From Bdellovibrionota bacterium (GTDB lineage: Bacteria > Bdellovibrionota > UBA1018 > UBA923), in the NCBI GenBank assembly GCA_040754655.1, contig JBFMCE010000046.1, positions 1 through 31,866 on the forward strand: DNA of 31,866 nucleotides. The letters are read 5' to 3'. Numbering within the stretch: the first letter of the stretch is position 1; every line of letters begins with the position of its first letter. Below, piece by piece: positions 7,865 to 16,285 of the stretch. The notes beneath the pieces were generated by a model. That model saw nothing but the letters and a program-made list of their open reading frames with translations. It had not been told where the DNA came from and ran no database searches. A program made the position numbers and the translations under genes.

Positions 7865-10800
7865 TTATTGACCTTCGTCGTCTCCGCCTGAAGAGCGCGG
7901 ATCGCGAAGCCCGAACGAATGAGGCGCTTCATTGTATGAAGGCCCGCTCTTCTCCGGAGCCGAGTCGTTTCGTGGCTCACCCTCTGCGCCTTGAGATTGA
8001 GGACCCTCTCCGGCCTCGCCTTCTGGGCGTTTTCGGAATCGAAACCTACGGCCACCCCTGCGGCCACGGCGCCTGCGGCGCTGATTGTCATCGCGATCAC
8101 GGGGATCGCGAGGTTGCCTCGGAGCTCCGCCCGCCGGACGAGCTCCTTCTTCGCCTTCGGCACCCACAACCGATCCCGCCAACTCATCTGGGCGTAAGTG
8201 CTCGGAATCCGCACTTGAAGGTTCAGAATAAAGTTCTTCTGGGCGTCTCTGCGGTAGCACCGCTCGGTCTCCGTTCGGACGTACCGCTGGCCCTTGTTGA
8301 GGCCTAAAGCCTTGGTTTGGCCGAGGGTGCGGATGTCTTCCACCGCCAGCCTCGGGTTGTCCCGGGCGGCCCCCTCTACCTCGGCGTCCTCTGCGACGGC
8401 GTCGATTTCGGTCGGGCCCGCCTGCTGCCGATGCATCTTGTCGATCGCCACGTGGATGCCGGTTCGGACGCATCTCACGGTTCAGAGGTTTGGGAATATT
8501 AGGCCTTGGCACCCGAGGTTGACCCGCGCCCACAATAGGAGTCCCATCAGGGTTGACCAAAGGTTGCGGCTCATCTTCTTCATCGTAGAAGTCAGATCGA
8601 CCGCCAGAAGCTGCGGTCTGAACGTTTACACCTGCCGCAGGTTGATCCATTGAGGTTTCAGCATCGAATCCTTCCCGGTCCTCCGGCGGCGCCTCATCCC
8701 GATTCTCAGACGCTTCAGTTTGGACAGCGGCCTGGCGCTCTCTACGCTGTTCAGCTGCGAGCCTGCGCTTTTCCTCTGACTGCGCCTTGCGCTCTTGCCT
8801 CAAGGTGTCTTGTTGCTTGCGCCGCTCCTCGTTTTCACGTTTTCGCTCTTGGCGTTGCGCATCGGCTTGTTTGCGCTGCTCTTGGGCTAGTTGTTGCTGG
8901 CGTTCTTGAATGCGCGTGCGAATGATCTGCCGACGCTCCTCGCTCGACCAAACCTGATTCTTGCTTTCACGATGCGACACAAGCTCGTATTGTTCGACAT
9001 GGTAAGCGCCGTTTCCGCGAATGGTGATCTTCTTGCTGAACTGCCGCTCAAGATCCTCAAGCACATCGCGTTTGTCTTCCAACAAAACGTCAGCAACCGA
9101 CGGATGGCACTGAATCGAGATCGCCTGGGTGTCTTTCTCAATGCCTTCGCGCTCGAGATCCCTCATGATGTCATAGGCGATGGTCAGTTTGTTCTTCACA
9201 TAGCCTTTGCCTTCGCAATATGAGCAAGGCTCGCAAAGCGAGCGCACCATGCTGTCGCGGGTGCGCTTGCGCGTCATTTCGATCAGACCCAATTGACTGA
9301 TCTTCATGATCGTTGGCCGCGCGCGGTCTTTCTTCAGCTCTTCTTCAAGCGCCTTAAAGACCTTGTCCCGATTGGCCTCTTTTTCCATATCAATGAGGTC
9401 GAGGATGATGATGCCGCCGCAATTGCGCAGCCTCAACTGATAGGCGATTTCCTTGACCGCCTCGAGGTTGGTCTTGAGGATGGTTTCTTCCAACGTTTTC
9501 TTCCCGACGTAACGCCCGGTATTGACGTCGATCGCCACCAAAGCTTCGGCCTGGTCAATGACCAAGTACCCGCCAGACTTCAACCAAACCTTGCGCTCCA
9601 TGGCGCGCGAGATCTCAGTTTCGATTCCAAACGCGTCAAAGATCGGCATGTCCCCCACGTACAGCTCAACCTTGCTCTTCACGTTAGGAATGAATCGAGT
9701 GACAAACTTCATGATCGCACGATGCTCGCGTTTTGAATCGACCACGACCTTGTCGACCTCATCGGTGAACATGTCGCGAATCGCGCGCAACACGATCGTC
9801 AAATCTTGGTAAACCGGGCTTGGGCACTTTTGTTTCTTGAACTTCCTCTGGATGTCGTTCCAAGTAGTCACCAGGTAATCGAGGTCCGCTTTAAGTTTCC
9901 TGTCGGTTTGTTTTCCGCTCGCGGTGCGAACGATCACGCCTGTTTTCGCCGGGCGAACTTTCGACATGGTTTCTTTCAAACGACGACGCTCAATTTCACT
10001 TTCAATGCGCCGAGAAACCCCGATGTGGTCGACGGTGGGCATGAAAACCAAATAGCGTCCTGGCAGGCTCACATGGCAAGTCAAACGCGCGCCCTTAGTG
10101 CCGATCGGGTCTTTCGCAACCTGAACTAAGATCTCTTGCCCCTCTTTTACGATATCAGCGATATTGAGTGACTCACGACGTTTGCGCCGCCGCGGCATTT
10201 CTGAAACTTCATCGTCATCATCTTCCACAGGGACTTGACGCGCAACCTGGGGAACTGCAACGACCTCTACAACTTTAGGAGCTACAATCACTTCAGGAAC
10301 GACCGCTTCTACAGTTTCAGCGGGAATCACTTCCGCGCCGGGCTCCGCGCCCGTCGCGGCAACTACAGCTTTCGTATGTGCTCGAGCGACCTCTTCTGCC
10401 CAAGCATCAGCATCAATAATGGGTTCTGGCCGATAGATCACGCCAGCTTCGACGTCTTCCTCTTTTTGCTCTTCCCCATCTGCATCCAAAAAGTCCGCCT
10501 CTAATGTAGGATCGGCCAAAGTTTCTTCATCACCTTCTGGCGCGACCGACGGCGTTCCTTCCGTTTGGACCGGACGCCCCTCCGCCGAACCCGCAGCTTC
10601 TTGCGCATCCACGGCAGAACCTTCAGCACTCGGCGTCGCTTGAGAATCAGCTTGACCCGCCTGCCCAGGTACCGGCGCTTCAAACTCTTCCTCAATATCA
10701 AGCATTTGCTTGGCGTATTCTCGCTGAAGCTGTGCATGGTCTTCTGGGGAACCCGGTGTCGGAGGCAGAGCTGGAACTCGCGTATCCCTTCCTCGGCCGA

Positions 10801-11155
10801 AGCGACCACGTCCCCGAGCTTGCTTTGCCAGAGGCAGCGGAAGGGGGCCTTCCGCCTTGGCTTGCACTGCAACCGCTTTAGGCTGAGCTTCTGGGAGAGG
10901 CTGAGTCTGAAGAGGGTTTTCCATGTCAGGAAAGAAAATATCGTCGACGTACAAGAACGCTGCTTTTTCTAAACCGATGTCGACGAAGGCGGCCTGCATT
11001 CCCGGCAGTACTCTGATGACCTTGCCTTTATAAATATTTCCGACAATGCCGCGCTCAGAGTCGCGCTCGATATGGAGTTCTTGAATCTCACCTTCTTCAA
11101 GAAGCGCAATGCGCGTTTCCGGCAAGGTAGCATTAATGATCAGTTCAGTAGCCAT
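7865..11155 (-). CDS. rne: Rne/Rng-family endoribonuclease (RNase E-like architecture, 1096 aa)
   Basis: Motifs GNIYKGKVIRVLPGMQAAFVDIG, QVAKDPIGTKGARLT, LKSGGYLVID, catalytic-region IDVNTG and IILDLIDM, MTRKR and Zn-link CSYCEGKG. It also has a long disordered S1 insert and a charged C-terminal tail. Confidence 0.92.
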   Translation of the reverse strand: MATELIINATLPETRIALLEEGEIQELHIERDSERGIVGNIYKGKVIRVLPGMQAAFVDIGLEKAAFLYVDDIFFPDMENPLQTQPLPEAQPKAVAVQAKAEGPLPLPLAKQARGRGRFGRGRDTRVPALPPTPGSPEDHAQLQREYAKQMLDIEEEFEAPVPGQAGQADSQATPSAEGSAVDAQEAAGSAEGRPVQTEGTPSVAPEGDEETLADPTLEADFLDADGEEQKEEDVEAGVIYRPEPIIDADAWAEEVARAHTKAVVAATGAEPGAEVIPAETVEAVVPEVIVAPKVVEVVAVPQVARQVPVEDDDDEVSEMPRRRKRRESLNIADIVKEGQEILVQVAKDPIGTKGARLTCHVSLPGRYLVFMPTVDHIGVSRRIESEIERRRLKETMSKVRPAKTGVIVRTASGKQTDRKLKADLDYLVTTWNDIQRKFKKQKCPSPVYQDLTIVLRAIRDMFTDEVDKVVVDSKREHRAIMKFVTRFIPNVKSKVELYVGDMPIFDAFGIETEISRAMERKVWLKSGGYLVIDQAEALVAIDVNTGRYVGKKTLEETILKTNLEAVKEIAYQLRLRNCGGIIILDLIDMEKEANRDKVFKALEEELKKDRARPTIMKISQLGLIEMTRKRTRDSMVRSLCEPCSYCEGKGYVKNKLTIAYDIMRDLEREGIEKDTQAISIQCHPSVADVLLEDKRDVLEDLERQFSKKITIRGNGAYHVEQYELVSHRESKNQVWSSEERRQIIRTRIQERQQQLAQEQRKQADAQRQERKRENEERRKQQDTLRQERKAQSEEKRRLAAEQRRERQAAVQTEASENRDEAPPEDREGFDAETSMDQPAAGVNVQTAASGGRSDFYDEEDEPQPLVNPDGTPIVGAGQPRVPRPNIPKPLNREMRPNRHPRGDRQDASAAGGPDRNRRRRRGRRGRGGRPGQPEAGGGRHPHPRPNQGFRPQQGPAVRPNGDRAVLPQRRPEELYSEPSSADSEHLRPDELAGSVVGAEGEEGARPAGGAPRQPRDPRDRDDNQRRRRRGRRGGRRFRFRKRPEGEAGEGPQSQGAEGEPRNDSAPEKSGPSYNEAPHSFGLRDPRSSGGDDEGQ

Positions 11156-11689
11156 CTAAAACCTCAGTTCCAGGACCCTTACTGCGACAACCCAATTGGA
11201 ACGAGCTGCCAAGAGAGCATGAGTCGATGGAACCGAAGCCATAAAGCGATTCGAATTTGTTCCCCAGGAGAAGCGTTTCGACCGACGGGGAGACAACATC
11301 GCCCCCTTATTCGGTTTTCCCGGCTCTACCTGGTCTTTGGTTTTTTGATCGGAATCTTTTGACTTCTTCTCTCGAGGTAAGAGTTCTTCTGGATCAATCT
11401 CTTGCTCGTCTGAAGATTCAGCGAAAAGATAGGCTGCTACACCCAAACCTACGATTAAACCCGCGCCCGCTCCAATTAATGCATTTCCCATATGTGCTGA
11501 GGGTTCATCATAGAATGCTATCGTCGACAGTCCTAAGACCGTTCCGATGCCTGTCGCAATTCCCATCGTCTCTAGGGCATCTGTAAGCCCATAAGAAGCC
11601 TCGGCATTCAGGCAGACCGCATTTCCTGCGATGCCCAATGCCACCAAAAAACTTACGACTGCTACTGCTCTGCGCAACAAGTGTCGCAT
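11156..11689 (-). CDS. Hypothetical envelope protein: signal peptide, Gly-rich helical hairpin, C-terminal Phe
   Basis: Likely start is the ATG at 11689 (MRHLLRRAVAVVSFLVALG), with AGGA just upstream. It has two GxxxG-rich hydrophobic segments and ends VVAVRVLELRF. Its TAG directly abuts the rne ATG. Confidence 0.75.
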   Translation of the reverse strand: MRHLLRRAVAVVSFLVALGIAGNAVCLNAEASYGLTDALETMGIATGIGTVLGLSTIAFYDEPSAHMGNALIGAGAGLIVGLGVAAYLFAESSDEQEIDPEELLPREKKSKDSDQKTKDQVEPGKPNKGAMLSPRRSKRFSWGTNSNRFMASVPSTHALLAARSNWVVAVRVLELRF

Positions 11690-11822
11690 CAGTCCTAAAT
11701 AATGTTTAGGAATTAATAATCCTATTTCAAAGACCGGGCACAAAGGCCTAGCCTTCAATACTTTATAAAAGTTAGGGGGCGCCTTAAAATCACTTTGGCC
11801 AACAACCCCATAGAGTTTTGTT

Positions 11823-11852
11823 ATTATAGGGTGCTTGACACTTCAAGTACAA
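11823..11852 (-). promoter_or_regulatory. Candidate sigma-70 promoter for the orphan-rne-larEBC operon
   Basis: The minus strand reads TTGTAC (11852-11847)-N18-TATAAT (11828-11823). Confidence 0.5.
11831..11850. promoter_or_regulatory. Inverted repeat (candidate operator) in the divergent rne/deo promoter region
   Basis: GTGCTTGA-CACT-TCAAGTAC, with 7 of 8 positions symmetric. It overlaps a + strand TTGACA (11835-11840) and the spacer of the minus-strand promoter. Confidence 0.45.
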
Positions 11853-11886
11853 AAAGTTTAGTCGTCTAGTTGGATAATATTGCACT

Positions 11887-12870
11887 ATGGCAGAAGAGAT
11901 AGACCGTTTGGTCGATGAAATTGTTAAAAAGGTTCAAGATCGCCTGCTCGCACAGGGGCTAAAGTACTCAGATCAAGAGGTCCGAAAAGCGATCGACCCT
12001 TTGCCCCAGGCGGCCTTGTCATCCCCTTCCAAAGCTCTTGGGCCAGAACAATTAGCTGGAATGATTGATCACACCCTTCTTAAAGCTGAGGCCACAGAAA
12101 AAGATCTCAAGAAACTCTGTGAAGAAGCCAAAACCCATCGTTTTGCCACGGTCTGTGTAAACAGCGCCTTTGTGCGCAAAGCAGCAGAATTCTTGAAGGG
12201 AAGCACCGTAAAACCCATTGCGGTGGTGGGTTTTCCTCTAGGAGCAGCAACAACCACCGCAAAAGCATTCGAAGCTCGGGAAGCCATTCAAAACGGCGCC
12301 CAAGAAATTGATATGGTCATTAATATAGGTGAGCTCAAATCAGGAAACTTTCGGTTTGTCTTAGAAGATATCCAGGCCGTTGTAGAGGCCTCCCGGCCCA
12401 TCCCAGTCAAAGTCATTCTTGAAACGGCGCTTCTCGACCATGATCAAAAAGTTATTGCCTGCACGCTTTCAAAAGCGGCGGGTGCAGCCTTTGTGAAAAC
12501 CTCAACAGGATTCGGACCCGGTGGAGCGACAGCTGAAGATATCGCGCTGATGCGCAAAGTGGTGGGTTCCTCAATGGGAGTGAAAGCAAGCGGAGGAATC
12601 CGCACTTATGAAGACGCAGCTCGGATGATTCAAGCCGGAGCATCGCGTGTCGGAGCAAGCAGCTCTGTCGCCATTGTGCAGGGCGCTTGTTCTGCCGGTG
12701 AAAAGTCTTCACAATCGCCTCAAAACCAGAAAGCAAAACCCGCCGAGGGCTCCTCCCCGCGCAAGCCTTTTTCCGGTCTTCCTTATAAAGCATCAAAATC
12801 GTCAAAGCCTTTTTCAAATGGCGGTGGTAAAAACGGTAGCGGGAGTTCAAATCCCAGCGGGGGATACTAA
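11887..12870 (+). CDS. deoC: Deoxyribose-phosphate aldolase with N- and C-terminal extensions
   Basis: Motifs [39 protein letters not shown] (Schiff-base Lys), VKASGGIR and RVGASS. The protein ends in Tyr. Confidence 0.96.
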   Translation: MAEEIDRLVDEIVKKVQDRLLAQGLKYSDQEVRKAIDPLPQAALSSPSKALGPEQLAGMIDHTLLKAEATEKDLKKLCEEAKTHRFATVCVNSAFVRKAAEFLKGSTVKPIAVVGFPLGAATTTAKAFEAREAIQNGAQEIDMVINIGELKSGNFRFVLEDIQAVVEASRPIPVKVILETALLDHDQKVIACTLSKAAGAAFVKTSTGFGPGGATAEDIALMRKVVGSSMGVKASGGIRTYEDAARMIQAGASRVGASSSVAIVQGACSAGEKSSQSPQNQKAKPAEGSSPRKPFSGLPYKASKSSKPFSNGGGKNGSGSSNPSGGY

Positions 12871-12880
12871 ATTTTAATCT

Positions 12881-14071
12881 ATGGCTACAAAACTTGGCCG
12901 CGTCGTACTGATCGTACTTGATGGAGTGGGCTGCGGAGAACTTCCTGATGCAAGTTCTTATGGCGATGCAGGCTCAGACACTCTCGGGCATGTCTCGATG
13001 GCTTACCCAGAACTCAGGCTTCCTCATTTAGCCCGCTGGGGGCTAGGTCATCTTACTCGCATGCCCACCGTTCCCGCGCTCCCCCTTGATCAATGCACCG
13101 CGAGTTTTGGAAGATGCCAAGAACTTTCGAATGGCAAAGACACGACCTCGGGCCATTGGGAAATGGCGGGGATCGTGGTTAAGAAGGCCTTCGCCACTTT
13201 CCCGCAAGGATTTCCAAAAGAGATTGTGGAAAGATGGGTCAAAGAAAACCAACTGCCTGGCATCTTGGGCAACACGACCGCTTCAGGAACCGAGATCATC
13301 AAGGATCTGGGCGAAGAACACATCAAAACGGGTAAACCCATTCTCTACACTTCGGCCGATTCCGTTTGGCAGATCGCCGCGCACGAAAAACATTTTGGGC
13401 TCGAAAGACTTTACGCGATCTCAAAGAGCGCTCGAAAAATCTGCGATGAACTGCAGATCTCGCGCGTCATCGCGAGGCCGTTTTTAGGCGACTCGTCCGC
13501 AGGCTTCAAGCGCACCCACCACCGCAAAGACTTTTCGCAAACTCCTCCTGAGAAAACGATGATGGAGTTTGTCCTCGAACAAGGGCAACCCTGCGTCGGG
13601 ATCGGGAAAATTTGGAATATCTTCAATGGCAGGGGAATCAGCCAAAGCCTTGAAACAGAGGACAATGCAGATGGTTTGAGAACACTTGAACGCGCGCTCG
13701 ATGAGTACAAAACAGGTTTGCTCTTCGTGAACCTCATCGACTTTGACATGCTTTACGGGCATCGACGCGACGTAAAAGGTTTTGCAAAGGCCCTGGAAGA
13801 GTTCGACCAATTCCTGCCGAGGCTGGAAAAAAAATTAAACCCTGATGACCTTGTGTTGATCACCGCCGACCATGGCAATGATCCCACTTATCGCGGCACC
13901 GACCATACCCGAGAATACGTACCCATATTGGCCTACCGAAAAGGAATGCCGTCAAGAAACCTTGGCATCAGATCTTCTATCGCGGACATCGGGCAAACCG
14001 TGGCTCATGCCTTCACCGGAAAACCAGCAAGCCTTGCGCACGGCAAAAGCTTTCTGGCGGAGCTTCTGTAA
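12881..14071 (+). CDS. deoB: Phosphopentomutase
   Basis: Motifs VLDGVGCGELPDA, GKDTTSGHWE, YTSADSVWQIAAHE, RVIARPF, NLIDFDMLYGHRRD, TADHGNDPT and DHTREYVP. Confidence 0.97.
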   Translation: MATKLGRVVLIVLDGVGCGELPDASSYGDAGSDTLGHVSMAYPELRLPHLARWGLGHLTRMPTVPALPLDQCTASFGRCQELSNGKDTTSGHWEMAGIVVKKAFATFPQGFPKEIVERWVKENQLPGILGNTTASGTEIIKDLGEEHIKTGKPILYTSADSVWQIAAHEKHFGLERLYAISKSARKICDELQISRVIARPFLGDSSAGFKRTHHRKDFSQTPPEKTMMEFVLEQGQPCVGIGKIWNIFNGRGISQSLETEDNADGLRTLERALDEYKTGLLFVNLIDFDMLYGHRRDVKGFAKALEEFDQFLPRLEKKLNPDDLVLITADHGNDPTYRGTDHTREYVPILAYRKGMPSRNLGIRSSIADIGQTVAHAFTGKPASLAHGKSFLAELL

Positions 14072-15417
14072 TGCAGATCAACCCCGTCGAAGTGATCCGC
14101 CGAAAACGAGATGGACTGAGGCTTGAGGCACCTGAAATAGAGGCTTTCATCGATGGCGCCGTCAAAGGCACGATTCCCGAATATCAGACGACTGCATTTT
14201 TGATGGCAACCTATTTTCGAGGCATGGACTTCGAAGAAACCTGCGCACTCACCCGCGCGATGATTGAAAGCGGGAAAAAGATCGTTTTTCACGACAAGAA
14301 GCCAAAAATCGACAAACACTCCACCGGCGGCGTGGGAGATAAGGTGTCTTTGATCTTAGCACCCTTGGTGGCTTGCCTTGGCGTAGATGTGCCCATGGTT
14401 TCAGGCAGGGGCTTAGGACATACGGGCGGCACTTTGGATAAACTTGAGAGCATCCCCGGTTTCAGAGTGCGCCTCGGACTTGAAGAATTCACCTCGCTGG
14501 TCTCAAATCATGGACTAGCGATGATGGGTCAGACCGACAATTTTGTCCCGGCCGATAAGTTGCTCTACGCGCTCAGGGACGTGACCGCGACTGTCGAATG
14601 CATTCCGCTGATCACCGCGAGCATTTTGTCGAAAAAGGTCGCAGAGGGTATTTCGGGCCTCGTGCTTGACATCAAGGTGGGCAGCGGGGCTTTCATGAAG
14701 ACCCAAAAAGACGCTGAAAAACTCGCACGTTCACTGGTTTCGGTTGGCACAAAACTGGGCCTTAAGGTGAGGGCTTTGCTTACGGATATGAACCAGCCTT
14801 TGGGCATGGCTGTGGGGCATTCGCTTGAAGTTTTGGAATGCTTGGAAGTGCTCAAAGGAGACGGCCCCTCTGACCTCAAGGAGCTCACCATTGAACTCGC
14901 AGCGTACATGTTGATGCTTGGAGAGAAATCGAGTTCGATTTCGGCGGCCAGGACCATGGCTCGCAAAGCCCTTCAGAATGGAAGCGCTCTCGAAAAGTTT
15001 CGCGAAATGTGTCGCGTCCAGGGTTCGACGGTTGACCCGGTTGCAGCTCCGGAAACGCTGCGAGTGAGCAAGCACGCTCTTCAAGTTTCGGCCAGCAAAT
15101 CGGGATGCATCGCCAAGATCGACACCCAAGAGCTGGGCATGCTCCTTGTGCGCATGGGTGGCGGCAGGCAAAAAACAAGCGACAGCGTCGACCACACCGT
15201 GGGCATCCGAATGCAGGTCAAACTCGGCGCCACGGTCAGCAAGGGCGATAAGTTGGCTACTTTGTACATCTGCCCTGAGTTCCTCAAATCGCGGCAAATC
15301 GAACCTCAGGAACTGACGGCGGCCGCGCGCTCAACATTTTTTATTACAACTCTCAAAGCAAGCCGTGCCAGCGGCGCGGGCAGAAACAACTCGCTCGTCA
15401 AAAAGGTGATCGGATAA
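14071..15417 (+). CDS. pdp: Pyrimidine-nucleoside (thymidine) phosphorylase
   Basis: Motifs DKHSTGGVGDK, SGRGLGHTGGTLDKLESIPG, PADKLLYALRDVTATV, SILSKK and DIKVGSGAFMK. TAATG overlap with deoB. Confidence 0.95.
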   Translation: MQINPVEVIRRKRDGLRLEAPEIEAFIDGAVKGTIPEYQTTAFLMATYFRGMDFEETCALTRAMIESGKKIVFHDKKPKIDKHSTGGVGDKVSLILAPLVACLGVDVPMVSGRGLGHTGGTLDKLESIPGFRVRLGLEEFTSLVSNHGLAMMGQTDNFVPADKLLYALRDVTATVECIPLITASILSKKVAEGISGLVLDIKVGSGAFMKTQKDAEKLARSLVSVGTKLGLKVRALLTDMNQPLGMAVGHSLEVLECLEVLKGDGPSDLKELTIELAAYMLMLGEKSSSISAARTMARKALQNGSALEKFREMCRVQGSTVDPVAAPETLRVSKHALQVSASKSGCIAKIDTQELGMLLVRMGGGRQKTSDSVDHTVGIRMQVKLGATVSKGDKLATLYICPEFLKSRQIEPQELTAAARSTFFITTLKASRASGAGRNNSLVKKVIG

Positions 15418-15418
15418 A

Positions 15419-16285
15419 ATGCATCGACGTCTAGAAGAAGCCGCCAGGTTTATAGAAAATCAAAGCCCGATCAAACCCAGGCTGGGAATCGTCTTAGGCT
15501 CAGGACTCGGCCGTTACGTTGAACACGTGCGCAATACGGTTTCGATTCCTTATGAGCAGATCCCTCACTTCATCCAAACTTCCGTAGAAGGGCACGAGGG
15601 AAGGCTTGTCCTGGGCACCGTGGCGAATTCTCACAATCCCCAAGGCCCTGCCGTACCGGTTGCGATCTTACAGGGGCGCCACCACTTTTATGAAGGGCAC
15701 TCTATGGAAAAGGTGACCTTCCCTACCCGCACCCTTTGCATGCTGGGCATTGACACGCTTCTACTCACGAATGCCGCAGGCGGGATCAATCCTGCTTTTC
15801 GCGAGTCTGATCTCATGCTCGTGACAGATCACATCAACCTTATGGGCGATAATCCGTTGCGCGGCCCCCATCTCAAGGAGCTGGGGCCCCGTTTTCCGGA
15901 CCTCAGTGAAGCTTACAACCGCGACTGCTTGGCCGTTCTTCGGCAAGCGGCCACTCGAGTAGGGGTAGAGCTTCGTGAAGGCGTTTATGCTGCTCTTCCG
16001 GGTCCAACTTATGAAACTCCTGCCGAAATTCGAATGCTCCGAACCCTAGGCGCAGATGCTGTTGGGATGTCAACCGTGCCTGAAAGCATAGCGGCAAACC
16101 ATTTGGGCGTTCGAGTCGCGGCGATTTCTTGCATTACCAATCTTGCCGCAGGAATTACGCCGCGCAAGCTGACACATACTGAGGTCATGATCAACGCGGG
16201 CCGCGCGGTTACAAAACTCCTAGCCCTGCTTGATGAGGCCATTCCCTTGCTTCCCCACGGAGGAAAGAATGAATCCACTTCTTAG
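15419..16285 (+). CDS. punA: Purine-nucleoside phosphorylase (trimeric, inosine/guanosine type)
   Basis: Motifs VLGSGLG, GHEG, QGRHHFYEG, TNAAGGIN, DHIN, GPRFPDLS, GPTYETPAE, GADAVGMSTVPE and SCITNLAAG. Confidence 0.93.
   Translation: MHRRLEEAARFIENQSPIKPRLGIVLGSGLGRYVEHVRNTVSIPYEQIPHFIQTSVEGHEGRLVLGTVANSHNPQGPAVPVAILQGRHHFYEGHSMEKVTFPTRTLCMLGIDTLLLTNAAGGINPAFRESDLMLVTDHINLMGDNPLRGPHLKELGPRFPDLSEAYNRDCLAVLRQAATRVGVELREGVYAALPGPTYETPAEIRMLRTLGADAVGMSTVPESIAANHLGVRVAAISCITNLAAGITPRKLTHTEVMINAGRAVTKLLALLDEAIPLLPHGGKNESTS

Noticed and set aside
7852..8478. 209-aa N-terminal extension of LarE in the ORF track, or a frameshifted Rne-LarE fusion
   Set aside because: It overlaps the GC-rich, low-complexity rne tail in another frame, where stops are rare. 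LarE-like sequence starts only after the ATG at 7851, and no slippery site was seen.
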